DNA of 53,614 nucleotides, counting the filler, from Trypethelium eluteriae (Eukaryota), in NCBI GenBank assembly GCA_051942245.1. It is 2 parts of 2 records of this genome, joined end to end, with 100 filler letters (N's around TTAATTAATTAA, not from the genome) between each part and the next. Parts side by side here need not be neighbours in the genome. Positions count along the whole stretch, not along the records: positions 1 to 26,764 come from JAVECL010000344.1; 1 more part is not named here. One strand, 5' to 3'. Below the pieces are notes generated by a model. It saw only the letters and a program-made list of their open reading frames with translations, did not search any database and had not been told where the DNA came from. Each line of letters begins with the position of its first letter. Within the stretch, counting starts at the first letter, position 1. Positions 1 through 10,800 of the stretch are shown here, piece after piece. The translations under genes and the position numbers were made by a program.

Positions 1-85
1 GGGATGGCACGGCTTCGTCATGAGGACTAATGGTCGGGATGACTCGAGAGAGGGGTGGGGGAGGGAACGTACTGCTTGGAGCCAT
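1..85 (-). CDS. Probable 5' end of a gene running off the left edge (MAPSSTFPPPPLSRVIPTISPHDEAVPS...)
   Basis: ATG at 85-83 in good context (ccgccgcaATGG); frame open to the window edge; divergent from the SET gene. Too short to identify. Confidence 0.4.
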   Translation of the reverse strand, partial: MAPSSTFPPPPLSRVIPTISPHDEAVPS

Positions 86-472
86 TGCGGCGGGGAATGC
101 TTGCGGACGGCCGAAGACAGAATTCAGGACAATAGCGACGGGTTTCGAGGGAGTGAAGAAGGCCCGTGGGACCTTAGGCATTCGTCACGGTGGCAGGATA
201 AATGAGAGGAGATGCAGCGGATTACGATGGGAAGACGCAAGCAGTGATCTAGAAACTCGTGAGGCTTAAGCTTTGCTGAAACTGTGGGCGCGAGAGCGGT
301 TCGGCCCGCTGGCGCTTGTCGATCAGACCAAATTTAAACTCCAATTTTTACGCTTCAAAATACACTGTCATATTTTGCTACATAATTTTGTTTGCCCTAA
401 GGTACTTACTTGCTTGCCTTTGGTTGATCCCTAGATCTTTATTATTATCATTTTTTCTAATAAAAATTGCAT

Positions 473-1439
473 ATGTCTTCCGCGAATGGGATATCTGTAA
501 TATCGAACGGAAATTCGAAAGAGAATACTCCAGAGGGTGTGCATATGCAACGTCATGCAGGCCTAATCTTAAAATCAGATACCCCAAAAGGTAAATTGCT
601 TCGAAGGGTATTGGTCTTTACCATCTCTAACCCGGAACAATGTGATCCTGTATCTCCTTTGTAACTATGAGCTTACTGGGAACATGTAAATTGGTAGGTC
701 GAGGCGTCTTCACCACTGCACCAATTACTGCGGGTACTGTTATCGAGACTTGTCCCGTGCTCCTTATCAGCGAAAAAGAAGTTCAAGCCCATACGAAGCA
801 TACGGAATTAAACCATTATACGTAGTAAGCCCCAACATCCTTCTCTTTAGTGATCTTCTATACCCGGCCGTCTTTCTCCCTGTGCTGGTTATCATTAAGA
901 CTCGTCAGATACAACACGCCTTGTTGCATCGTCATTATCTCAACGATGTAAGTTAAGCAAGCTGACTACCTTTGTTCCAGTAACTGGCCTGTACTCTCTG
1001 CCTACAACCACCACGGATCCTGTCAAGCGATTGTATTTGGCCTCGGCAGCATGTTCAATCATTCCCGACGTAAGCAGAACGTTACGTGGGAGCGAGATCT
1101 GAGCCAGAAGACGATTACTTATCGCGCCCTAAGAAGAATCGAAATCGGGGAGGAACTATGTAAGTTCACTGCGAGTCTTCTGTTCAGAAGCTTCTCTTCT
1201 TGAAAGATATCTCTTGCGCAAACTTCTATATACCGACTTTTTTGTTTGGTCGGTTGTGTCGACGGATTTCACCGTAATTTGCATTAATATTGCTTTTCTG
1301 TTTGAAGCTCTGACACAGATATCAAGGTATATCTTACGGCGACCGCCTTACTTTCATTGATGCAGAGGAACTAGCCGGGAGAGAATCAGACGACGAGTCT
1401 GAGAATAACCCCATCAATAATATACAGTTAGGCCTGTGA
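473..1439 (+). CDS. Small SET-domain lysine methyltransferase (S. pombe Set7-like), 4 exons
   Basis: Exons 473-590, 698-824, 981-1159, 1327-1439 joined by GT-AG introns. Product contains KGRGVFTTAPITAGTVIETCPVL, GLGSMFNHS and RRIEIGEELCISYG, the SET motifs GRGVF, NHS and ELxxxY. Confidence 0.9.
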
Positions 1440-1727
1440 AGATGCCTTAGCTAGTCGTGATTCTTCATGACTCTCATCTTACAGTGACACGTCTGAAAGA
1501 CAAGGGTGTTGGAAAGACGGGACACCGCCAGGGCGTCCAGCCAATTTAAAGAATCACTGCAAAACTGACGCCGAGATGCCCCGTGGTAATCTGCCTCGAT
1601 CCAGCGACTGGGGTACTATAAAGAAATGCTGCCAGGAAACGAGCTGCTGCAACTCGGCATTTAGCCAATCGCAACCTCTTAAACAAATCTCCAGCAATGC
1701 TTGCGAAGTTATTTCAATAATTCGCTC

Positions 1728-3622
1728 TCATTGCACACCAACACCAACGGCCGGAGTAGCACCCTCATCCTTTACTGTATCTTTCATTGCTGAATCCTCG
1801 TTCTCCTGGCGCTCTTCGGCTGCAGTCCTCAGATCATATGCGAGCTCAAAGCATTCGGCGAGAAGGGTGGTAACACTGCCTTGGCCTTCTGGGATGTCGG
1901 AGCCGACCATGAATTTGCCGTCGACGCGCATGTTGTCTATAGAGTTGAGCTAAAGGCACATGAATCAGTCTCAATTTGTTGTGAGTTTGAAAATAGGCCT
2001 ATCGGAAATGTATCTCGAAGGACATCTTTACCTTCATGCTGTACGGGTATAACTCCCGCGGTGAATCGACCCCGCCAGAGTTTTTCACCTCCCAGAGACA
2101 CCGCCGGAGAGTCATAAGTTGGTTGTAAATCGGCAAAAGAGCTTCAGAGACTGGTTCTGAGGCGATGATGAGTTGGTATATGTATGCGTAGCTCTTGCGG
2201 AGAAGATATAACAGCGTCTATACAGTTCACATGAGTCAGCTTCTTATGGTTGAGGTTTGAGCTGCGAAGTGTACACACTCTCTGGGCGTGCAAATCTGCC
2301 GGCTTCCCCTCTGCGTCCAGGAAATTTCCATCTACTCTTGCCTCATCTACTCGGTCCAGCTGTCTTTGATACATCCAAAGATCGGTCTCGCGAAGGGACC
2401 AAGATTGAGTGAGTGTAAGCCGATCAAGCTGGTTGCGGATCTCACGCAATTTATCGTAAGTATCCTGAAATCGTTCATCGATCTTTCCTTGTCTATATTG
2501 CAGAAATGTGAGTGCCATGTTTGTAGATTGAGGGAAGAGATTGCAAGAGGCGCATACTTTTGTTGTATCAGATCAACCCATATCAAGCAACGTTGAAGTA
2601 CATCTGATACGACCTTTCGTCCCTCAGGAGCGGTATTCCCAGCAGCATCGTGCTCAGCCTGCATCTGCCGCAACTTGTCTGCATATCTATCCTCAGCTGA
2701 ACGGTCATCTTTTTCAGGAAGGGTAAAAGAGTCGTGTGTTTTTTCCTTGATCTCGAGGAGTCGGGTATGGAATTGCCTGACTTCCTGTACAGGGAACTAG
2801 CGCTGCTTTAGCAAATATTGGTTGCTATTCGGAACGTAAATCTACCTTTGACCTTGCATTGGAGCCAGACAAAGAGCGCAAAATCGATACCAGCTCCTCA
2901 TATATGGGCTCCAAGTCTGGCGTTAGATGCGATAGCTCGTGCTCAAGTTGATGCAGCGTCGTTCGACAAACCGCCATGCGTGCTTCGAGTAGAGTAAGGA
3001 GATGGGGACTGTGGTGTTCTCGACCACGCTCAACTGATCCCTGCCATTCTTCCAATTTCTTTCCGATCGATATGAGGTCTTTGCGTGAGTAGAAGCCGGC
3101 TTCGCGGAGGTGATCGAGGAGGCGCTTGGTGCTTTTAGTATGGACCATGTAACAAATTGGAAAGTGGCTGTACTTTGACTGTTGATACAGCAGAATATCT
3201 GTAGCAGTTTCGTTAGAATCGAGAAGAGGAATTGCACAGGTGGATCTGCCATACACTGCAGGAGCTTCCTGGGTTCGCCCAACGGTCATGAAAAAGAGCG
3301 AGATAAGTTGATAGCAGTCGTCAAGTACGATATCCACTATGGTTCAGAGCCAATCAGCGCTCATTCCTCCTCATCCTTCAGCAAACTTTATCCAGGCCTG
3401 CCTACCTCTGTTCTGCTCATCGCGCTTTTCTTTTCTGATCTCGTTCAGAATTTCAACTTGTTCGTTGATCTGATTGTACAGGGTAAGCACATCCTGAGAT
3501 TTGACATAAGTGCTCTTGTCGGCTTTCAGTAGCGATAGGCGATCCCGAATATCAAGAATGCGATCGAGAATGGGCTGTTCTTTCGGATCGAGGGGCAACC
3601 GTATTGCGGGGGAATCAGTCAT
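1728..3622 (-). CDS. UPF0662/DUF2408 family protein (yeast YPL260W-like), multi-exon
   Basis: ORF pieces MTDSPAIRLPLDPKEQPILDRIL..., DDCYQLISLFFMTVGRTQEAPAV, LTLTQSWSLRETDLWMYQRQL and GKFMVGSDIPEGQG join through GT-AG introns, including a 25-nt exon at 3174-3198. Confidence 0.85.
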
Positions 3623-3999
3623 TTTGAAGCACAAGTGGTTGTACGAATTGTTCAGCAAGTGGCAGATGCAGTATGCCTTGCGTTGTCGATCGACAGCCTT
3701 GTAGGAAGAGGCGTCCTGCGGTTGAGGTGATGGAGCTCAACCATCGTACATAATTCCCTGCCTTCGATCCTCTTCTTTTGGGGACCATGACCCCGCGTAC
3801 CTAATGTGGCTTAGTGGCGGTGATTCGCGGAGATACGTACCTCTTGCTAAGTGAAGTGTCGCGTTCGGCATAATATTTATCCGCTCCCACTACAGACATA
3901 TTCAATCCCACGTTCGACTTGGAGGCTAGCATTGAAGCAAGACGACCAGTCGACGAAGACGCCAATATCGACTCTCTGAACCATTGAGCATTGTTTACA

Positions 4000-4522
4000 A
4001 TGTCTAACGCCGAACTTGCTACCTCTTACGCTGCTCTCATCCTCGCTGATGACGGGGTTGATATCACTGTGCGCTTAGACTTTGCTTTGCCAAAATATCT
4101 TTGATACTGACCCGGTCGCCAGTCTGACAAGCTCCAAACTCTGATCAAAGCCGCAAAAATTGATGACGTGGAACCAATATGGTGCTCACTTTTCGCAAAG
4201 GCAAGCCTTCACCATCGACGGCGCACAAGTGCATGACTGATCAAAGTGGCATTATAGGCTCTCGAGGGTAAGGATGTGAAGGATCTCCTTCTGAATGTCG
4301 GTTCCGGCGGCGGTGCGGCTGCTGCTCCTGCCGCGGGTGGTGCCGCTGCCGCTGCTGGTGGAGACGCTGCAGCTGCGGAGGAGAAGAAAGAGGAAAAAGA
4401 AGAGGGTGAGTCGCTTCATCACCTCGATCATGACGATCCAGCTATTCCAAAGCTAATACCCTTGGCTCGGTACAGAGAAGGAAGAGTCAGACGAGGACAT
4501 GGGTTTCGGTCTTTTCGATTAG
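4000..4522 (+). CDS. RPP1: 60S acidic ribosomal protein P1
   Basis: [23 protein letters not shown] / [26 protein letters not shown] / [18 protein letters not shown], Ala-rich hinge, C-terminus [13 protein letters not shown]. Three introns; the second (4201-4257) has a GC donor. Confidence 0.97.
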
Positions 4523-4992
4523 AGAAAGCGAAGATTCAGGGGTGGTGTTCTTGCATTGCGGCTTCGCTGCTGGTGTTGGGTGGAAAGGGGCATGTCATTA
4601 TATTCCCGAATACAATACCATCAACGGATCCATTGAAATGAAAAATCGAACGAAGTGATATGACAGGTCTTGATTGTCCGGGCCCTATTATGCCCGGATT
4701 TGGTCGGGGAGGCCCCCAACGAAAATATTCCATTTCGCATACTTCGTGTTATTTCTTGAAACTGCTCTGAAAAGTACCCAGACTGAAATAGTTCATCGGT
4801 CTGCAAGATACTATATTTTCTCACAGGGGGAACCCCTGATACGAGATGACACAGTTATAGTGAGTATCAATTGGGCAGCTGCCCATCTCTATTTCATTAT
4901 GAAGCAATCTAAGCTAGAAAGTCCTCTCCAGACGCCATTCCCGCCTTGCTACACTCAGGGCATCCCCAGCAGAATGCTGGGAATTTGCTTCA

Positions 4993-7849
4993 CTATTTCC
5001 CAGTGAAGCCCGTGAGTGAAAATAGCCGCACTGTCTCCATTATCATATCATTGGGGCCGAGGAACTCCCTGATGAAACGCCCCTCGCCCGCAGTAATTCC
5101 CTCATTCACGAAATCCTTGAAGGCGTGAGTCAATCGCCACGTTACATTGCGCAGGTGCTCGCTATCGCCTCGTGGGTGTAAGGTGTTGAACAGCCCCATG
5201 CATGCCTTGACCGTGCGCCAGGCGGGCATCTTCTGTTCATCGGGCTTGTACCGCTCGGAAATTTGGTAAAGGACGGCGACGGTCTCAATCATTTTGTCGT
5301 AAACGGGTGCAAAAGGATTGTCCTGATCGATGAAGGTGTTGGCTGGCGGCTGGGGTATAATGGGCGTTGGGATGGCGGGTCCTGCAATGGAGGCATCGGC
5401 CGGAGCGAGACGGATGCGTGAGAGAGTGTCGACCAGAGGATTGCGGTTGCGTTCTTTGGATCCTCCCTCCCAGCGCGCCTGGAGAGTGAGCTTGGCGATC
5501 TGATCGACTAATTCCGCGCGAGCGCAGCGTGCGGGATCACCGCCTGGGGGTGGAAGAAGACGTAGCGCAACTGCATAGGAAGCCACCTTCGGAAGCAACT
5601 TGTTGAAGTGGCTTTCCATCTTGCGACGGCAATTGCCGAGGTCGGTAGCCCACTGCTCTGTATCTCTGATTGGGAACTTGATATTGATTGTTTCAGTAGT
5701 CGGATCATTAACATAATCCTCAATAGTGTCTTTGTGAAAGTCGTAATAACCAGTCAGATGCAAGCGCGTGTTGCTGACACTCTCGGAAAGGGCTTTCAGC
5801 GCGTCACCCAATCCCTGGCTATCATCGTCTTGGTTGTACCATTCATTAGCATTGTCTCGGACGATGCTGACGGATTTGGCGCAGACAACCCAGTAGTCAA
5901 GTATACTGCGGGCCATTCCATCTAAGTTCTCGCCCCTATCCCTTCCGAGTCTCTCAAAAATTACTTTGGTATTGTCGGGTGAGGCTAAATATGGTCAGTG
6001 CGCTACTTTGTAAAATAAGGTACCACATGGAAGCTTACGACCGGAGAACGCCATGTTCCTTTGGATAGTATTATTTGTGTCTCCCTGTTGACGGCGACGT
6101 GTGTCTTTGCTGTCCTGAGTTCCTCGCCAGACGCGTGCCTGACGATTGGATCTATTTGAAGTTGGGAGCACACTATCGGTCTGGCTTCTTTCTGCACCAG
6201 AAGCCGTAGAACGATCCCCTCTCGAGTCAGGAGCAAGAGTTGCTAATCGAGGACGATGCGATGAGGATGCCGCAGTTCCTTCGGGACTGACTGAAGTAGA
6301 TTGGGAGTGAACTCGTGATTCTGAACGCGGTGGAATGGGAGGGGCATTGACGGGAGTGCTTGCAGGATCAGGAGTCTCGAAAGACACCGACCTGGCGGGA
6401 GGTCCAAGCTTGGCACCTACAGTATCGTGAATAGCACGCCCAGTAGAGCTCGCACTAGTCTTCTCTTCTGCTTCAACAGAGTGATCGATACTAATGCCAC
6501 TCAGACTGGGTTTGACAGGGAACCGAGTACCGTGAGCACGTCGGCTTGCTTTGGCGATGTCAAGTGCAGCTGGCCTTGTTCTCCTGCCATAAGAGTTAGT
6601 CGATATCACCTGATTAGTCTTTTATCTCCCCAGATCACAGCGCCGTCACTTCAACCAGCGAACATGACGTAACCGCTATCTCTGACGTGTGTCGGATGGT
6701 TTGACAAATATTGTCGGTTTTACTCACCCTGGTGATAAGTCCACTCTCATTTTCGCCATCTTCTCCTTGTGCTTATTGTATAACCATTCTTTCACTCTCG
6801 CTGTCATGGCCATCTCATAGGCATTTGGGACCTTTGGGTCGAAGAGATCTGGATTCACTTCCAAGATTTGTGCTGGAGGATACTGAAGCGGATTTCCATG
6901 AACTTTGATCATTCTGAGCTTTTTCATACGCCAAAGGCAGGATGGCAGTCGCTCAATCTTATTAGATGCTATTGCGAGTGCATTGAGTGCTGGCATCCCC
7001 TCAATGGCGTCAGGAATTCCAACCATCTTGTTGTCGCTTAAATCAATTATCTCAAGGTTCGGCATTTGTAGAAGCTGTTGACGATTAGGCATAACTCTAT
7101 GGATAGAACAATTGGTTCGGAGGTTCGGAAAGATGCGGATTGGAAGTTCGAACCAAGACATGATATAGAATCGATACTTGGCAGAGATGACAGACTCGGT
7201 CTAGGGAGTCTGATGAATACGTAGTAGTGAAACGTGACATTATTTGTGTGCGTAGTAGCATAACAAACAGCTTAGAAGTCTTTTGTCACAATCCATCGAA
7301 GCCAATCTTGATGTGAAGCATTAAAGTAGTAGATGTACGTACCGCTCCGGGAAAGACGTGAATATCGTTGTTTCTTGCATTGAAGTAGCGTAGGTTCTGA
7401 CAGTTTGCAAGGCATGTAGGAATGGAGACGAGTCGATTATGGCCAATTGCAAGCCTAAAGTACTGTCAGTCAGAGGCCCGCGTCTCTTCCGAAGATAAGG
7501 ACAGTTGCAGTGAAGTATCTGTGGTTTTGATTGAAGGAATGAAGCTTCCTGTGGACAAAGGCGGATTGCATGTAAAGTGATTCAACCTCATAACCGAGCT
7601 ACTATTGAACAATTTTTGGCTGCATACTCACCGACGAACGTTGTCCGCTAAGATGTGAACGACCTCTTCTGGAAGGATGCGAATATCATGGTGCGATAGA
7701 TCGATGGTCCAGCCCATGGCATCTGGTGCAAGCTTGCTTTGTTCTTCACTCTGCTTCTGCCAGTCCGGGTAATCTCTCTCAATGGTGTCTCGAACGAGAT
7801 CCATGACATAGACCCTGGCCCCTCCGGATGGAGAAGACGGGGACGACAT
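4993..7849 (-). CDS. Leucine-rich-repeat protein resembling RAM-network Sog2 (diverged), about 5 exons
   Basis: N-terminal LRRs (TIDLSHHDIRILPEEVVHIL; LRYFNARNNDI; LEIIDLSDNKM; LAIASNKIERLP; HGNPLQYPP), then a Ser/Arg/Pro-rich linker and a helical C-terminal region. Exons approximately 7849-7632, 7454-7343, 7074-6728, 6583-6039, 5974-4993 splice in frame. Confidence 0.7.
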
Positions 7850-10800
7850 GGCTACGGCCGTATGACGAGAATCAGCTCCAAAGGCTTGAGTCCTACTAGT
7901 AAAGATCTTGGGTCGCAGCTGCTCCTGAGGATAGGCTCAGTATTCCTAGGTCGATAAACTGAGAAGCTAGGGATCGCACACAGAGCAACGTTTGTGAATG
8001 TGCTGCGTGCAGTGAATGGGAGTTGGCAGCGTAGGCAGCCGGATGAGTACAATAGAGATGGACTATTTTTTGGCAGTGAGGCGACGAACAATAGGTGACC
8101 AGTGTCGATGACCACTAGAAAGCACCACCGGAGTACCGAGTGATGCACACGTCCCTGGCGTTGATTCACGAACCAACCATCGGTGCACAAAGTTTACCAT
8201 GCCAGTTGACGAGGCGATCGAGGTTTGATCAAGTCCAAGAAAGATACGTCAGGGAATAGAGTCGTTGAGGTATCGCAATGAGATCTCAGTAAGTAATAGC
8301 GATACGTTGCACAGTCCTGGTGATGGACAAGGCTTGAGAGTACCCCCGGCACGACATGACCGAGCGACGAAGGACGGAGTCTCGGGCGAGTGAGCCCAGT
8401 GACTGTCGAACCAGCCACACTCGGTCCGCTCTGAAAGAGTTTGCACACTCTACAATGAACGAGTGGAGCTTGTCAAGCCCTGGGGCTTGAGTAGGCGAGG
8501 AATTGGTGACAGCGGAAGCTTGTTGGCCTGCAGATGCACAAAAACTTAGATGGTCCCCGACATTGGGAACTCATCTGGATCCATGAAGCGATTCACTAGT
8601 CGATCGAAGAAGAAGACAAGAAGTTTCGAAGTATAAAGTTATCTAGTGATTTGATGTGAAGCTTCGCATGCAAATTGAAGAGAGACGAGATTGCGGAAGG
8701 CGTTCCATCTCATGCGGCTAACCCACAACAGGGAAAGAGGAATCGGGAGCATTTCCCGATCCACATTTCTGCGAAACGACACCTTTTCATCGGCTTTTCC
8801 TGTGCAAGACGTTTTCGAGACAATGGGGAAGATACAGAGGGTTGAGGAACTGGCGAGACGGAAGCAAAAAAAGAAAACAACGGATGCCTTTCAATAAGGC
8901 AATCTAGATGAACGCTTGTAGAAGGATATAATGTTGACTTGTGTCTGAAAATCATTGTCTCCGTAGATTGGTCGCTTCATGTATACACGAGGATATCAGG
9001 GTTCCCCATAACTCTGCTGAAGTCCCTTGGCGGTGCAAGACGTGGTGATCCGTGCTCTCGTCGTGAGTCCGTGACTACGGTGACTCGGTTGCGAGTGGTT
9101 GTAGCACCGCTCCCGATCCTCTTTCACAACTCTTACTTCCTGTGGCTGGCTGCAAGACTTAATTTAATCGCTGTACGCGCTTCACTATGGGTACACTAAT
9201 CGGCAATTCATGCTAGAATGGTATCTATGTCCGTCTACTGAGTAGTCCTAATGAGTTCCTTCTGTGGATCAAGAAATCTGTGATGGAACTTTTCATCGAC
9301 TCCAGTCCTCTGACTTGAGATAAGATCGGATGAGACCAAATTGACCTTGAGGGAAAGGCTTCCACACGGATGGTGTATAGTATGCCAGTATTGTGTTTTG
9401 GTATAAAACCAGGTTCGTCAATAATAATGAATCTGCGCGTCCTCCTTTGTGTACCCCGATTCAATGGCCATGACAATCCTCTGGAAAGCCCAGTATATCT
9501 TTAGATTATTGAACCGTCTTTAAAGGCAGCTCTTTGTCATAAGCCCCAAATTAGATTCCCCGAAGGTATGAGGCACCTCAAAGGATCTATCCTCCCTTTA
9601 CCCTCGGGATAGCTTCCTCACTATACTATAACTGGCTGAGACCCACGAAATTCGGGGAACAGGACAAAGGAAGATGCCAGTATCCAAAACAAGTGTGGAA
9701 TTTTAGTCCACGCCTCGAATTCCAGTATCCAGAGTCTAGCCACGAGCCTATAATGCTACCGGGTGCTGCATCGATTAAGCTTGTATTCCCTTCACTGATC
9801 CCATGCAGAACACGAAGACACCAGGCTTCGAAGTGAGATGGTTTCAAGTCTCAGGGCAAGCTTGCTGCTATTAAACTACTAGCAGGGTGTTCTGTTAGAT
9901 GACCTGTGGGTGTGCGTGTGGCTCTATATATCCAGGCCCTCGATCTAAAAGCTCCTATTTTGGATTCGCCACTCCAATGCAAGGAGGTACTGTGGTAACA
10001 ATCTCAAAAAGAGCATTCAAAAGTGACAACCACTCAGTTTGTAGTCGTACAAGGGTAAATGTTTCCTCAAGCGCATTTTAGGTTAGCTTGTCTGTTCTGT
10101 CATGGGTCCAAGAGACACCCAACATCCAGTGAACACTGGGATGTTTATTTACTACTTAACACCTCAGGCTCAAGGATAATCCAAGTCTATATCTCTGATC
10201 TGCAGTCGTCTATAGGAGCTCTGAGGATGGCGCAAGAAGTTTCTGTGGGTAACCATCCAAAAACTGTCAGACAAACAAGTGAGCATCGTAGCATGACGCA
10301 GATCACGCCACAGCAAGTTAGCGGCTAGTTTGAGAGGCAAGATCTTCGATAAGCCGGCCAGCCAAGCAAAAGTACTGGAAATACTTCAAATCTTCAGTAA
10401 TATCTCAAAACCATTCATTCGGTGTACCACGACGAGGGGAATGGTATGAATGTGGAGCTTGACTATGTCCTTGTAAAAGACTCAAGTATATAGAGCGTCT
10501 TCAGTCTCTGGAGAAACGAGTTTCATCTGTCGGCTGCATCGAAGGTTGGCACTATCTTTGTTATGGCCTCAACCGGTCGCAATGGATCAACCGTAGCGGC
10601 TGCCGTTATCACAATAGCCTCTGGCGTGGTAGACTTCAATAGGCTTGTATTCCCTCGGGCTGTTAATCCGGACTACTTAGGTAGGCCTTTCCCACCCATG
10701 TCTTCTTCTGATATGCCCAGATTTTTGATAAAGTAGTCAGGGGTGATTGCAAAGACGGTGATAAGCCCATGTACGGTCTGTGAGCAGGCACGTGTAATCT

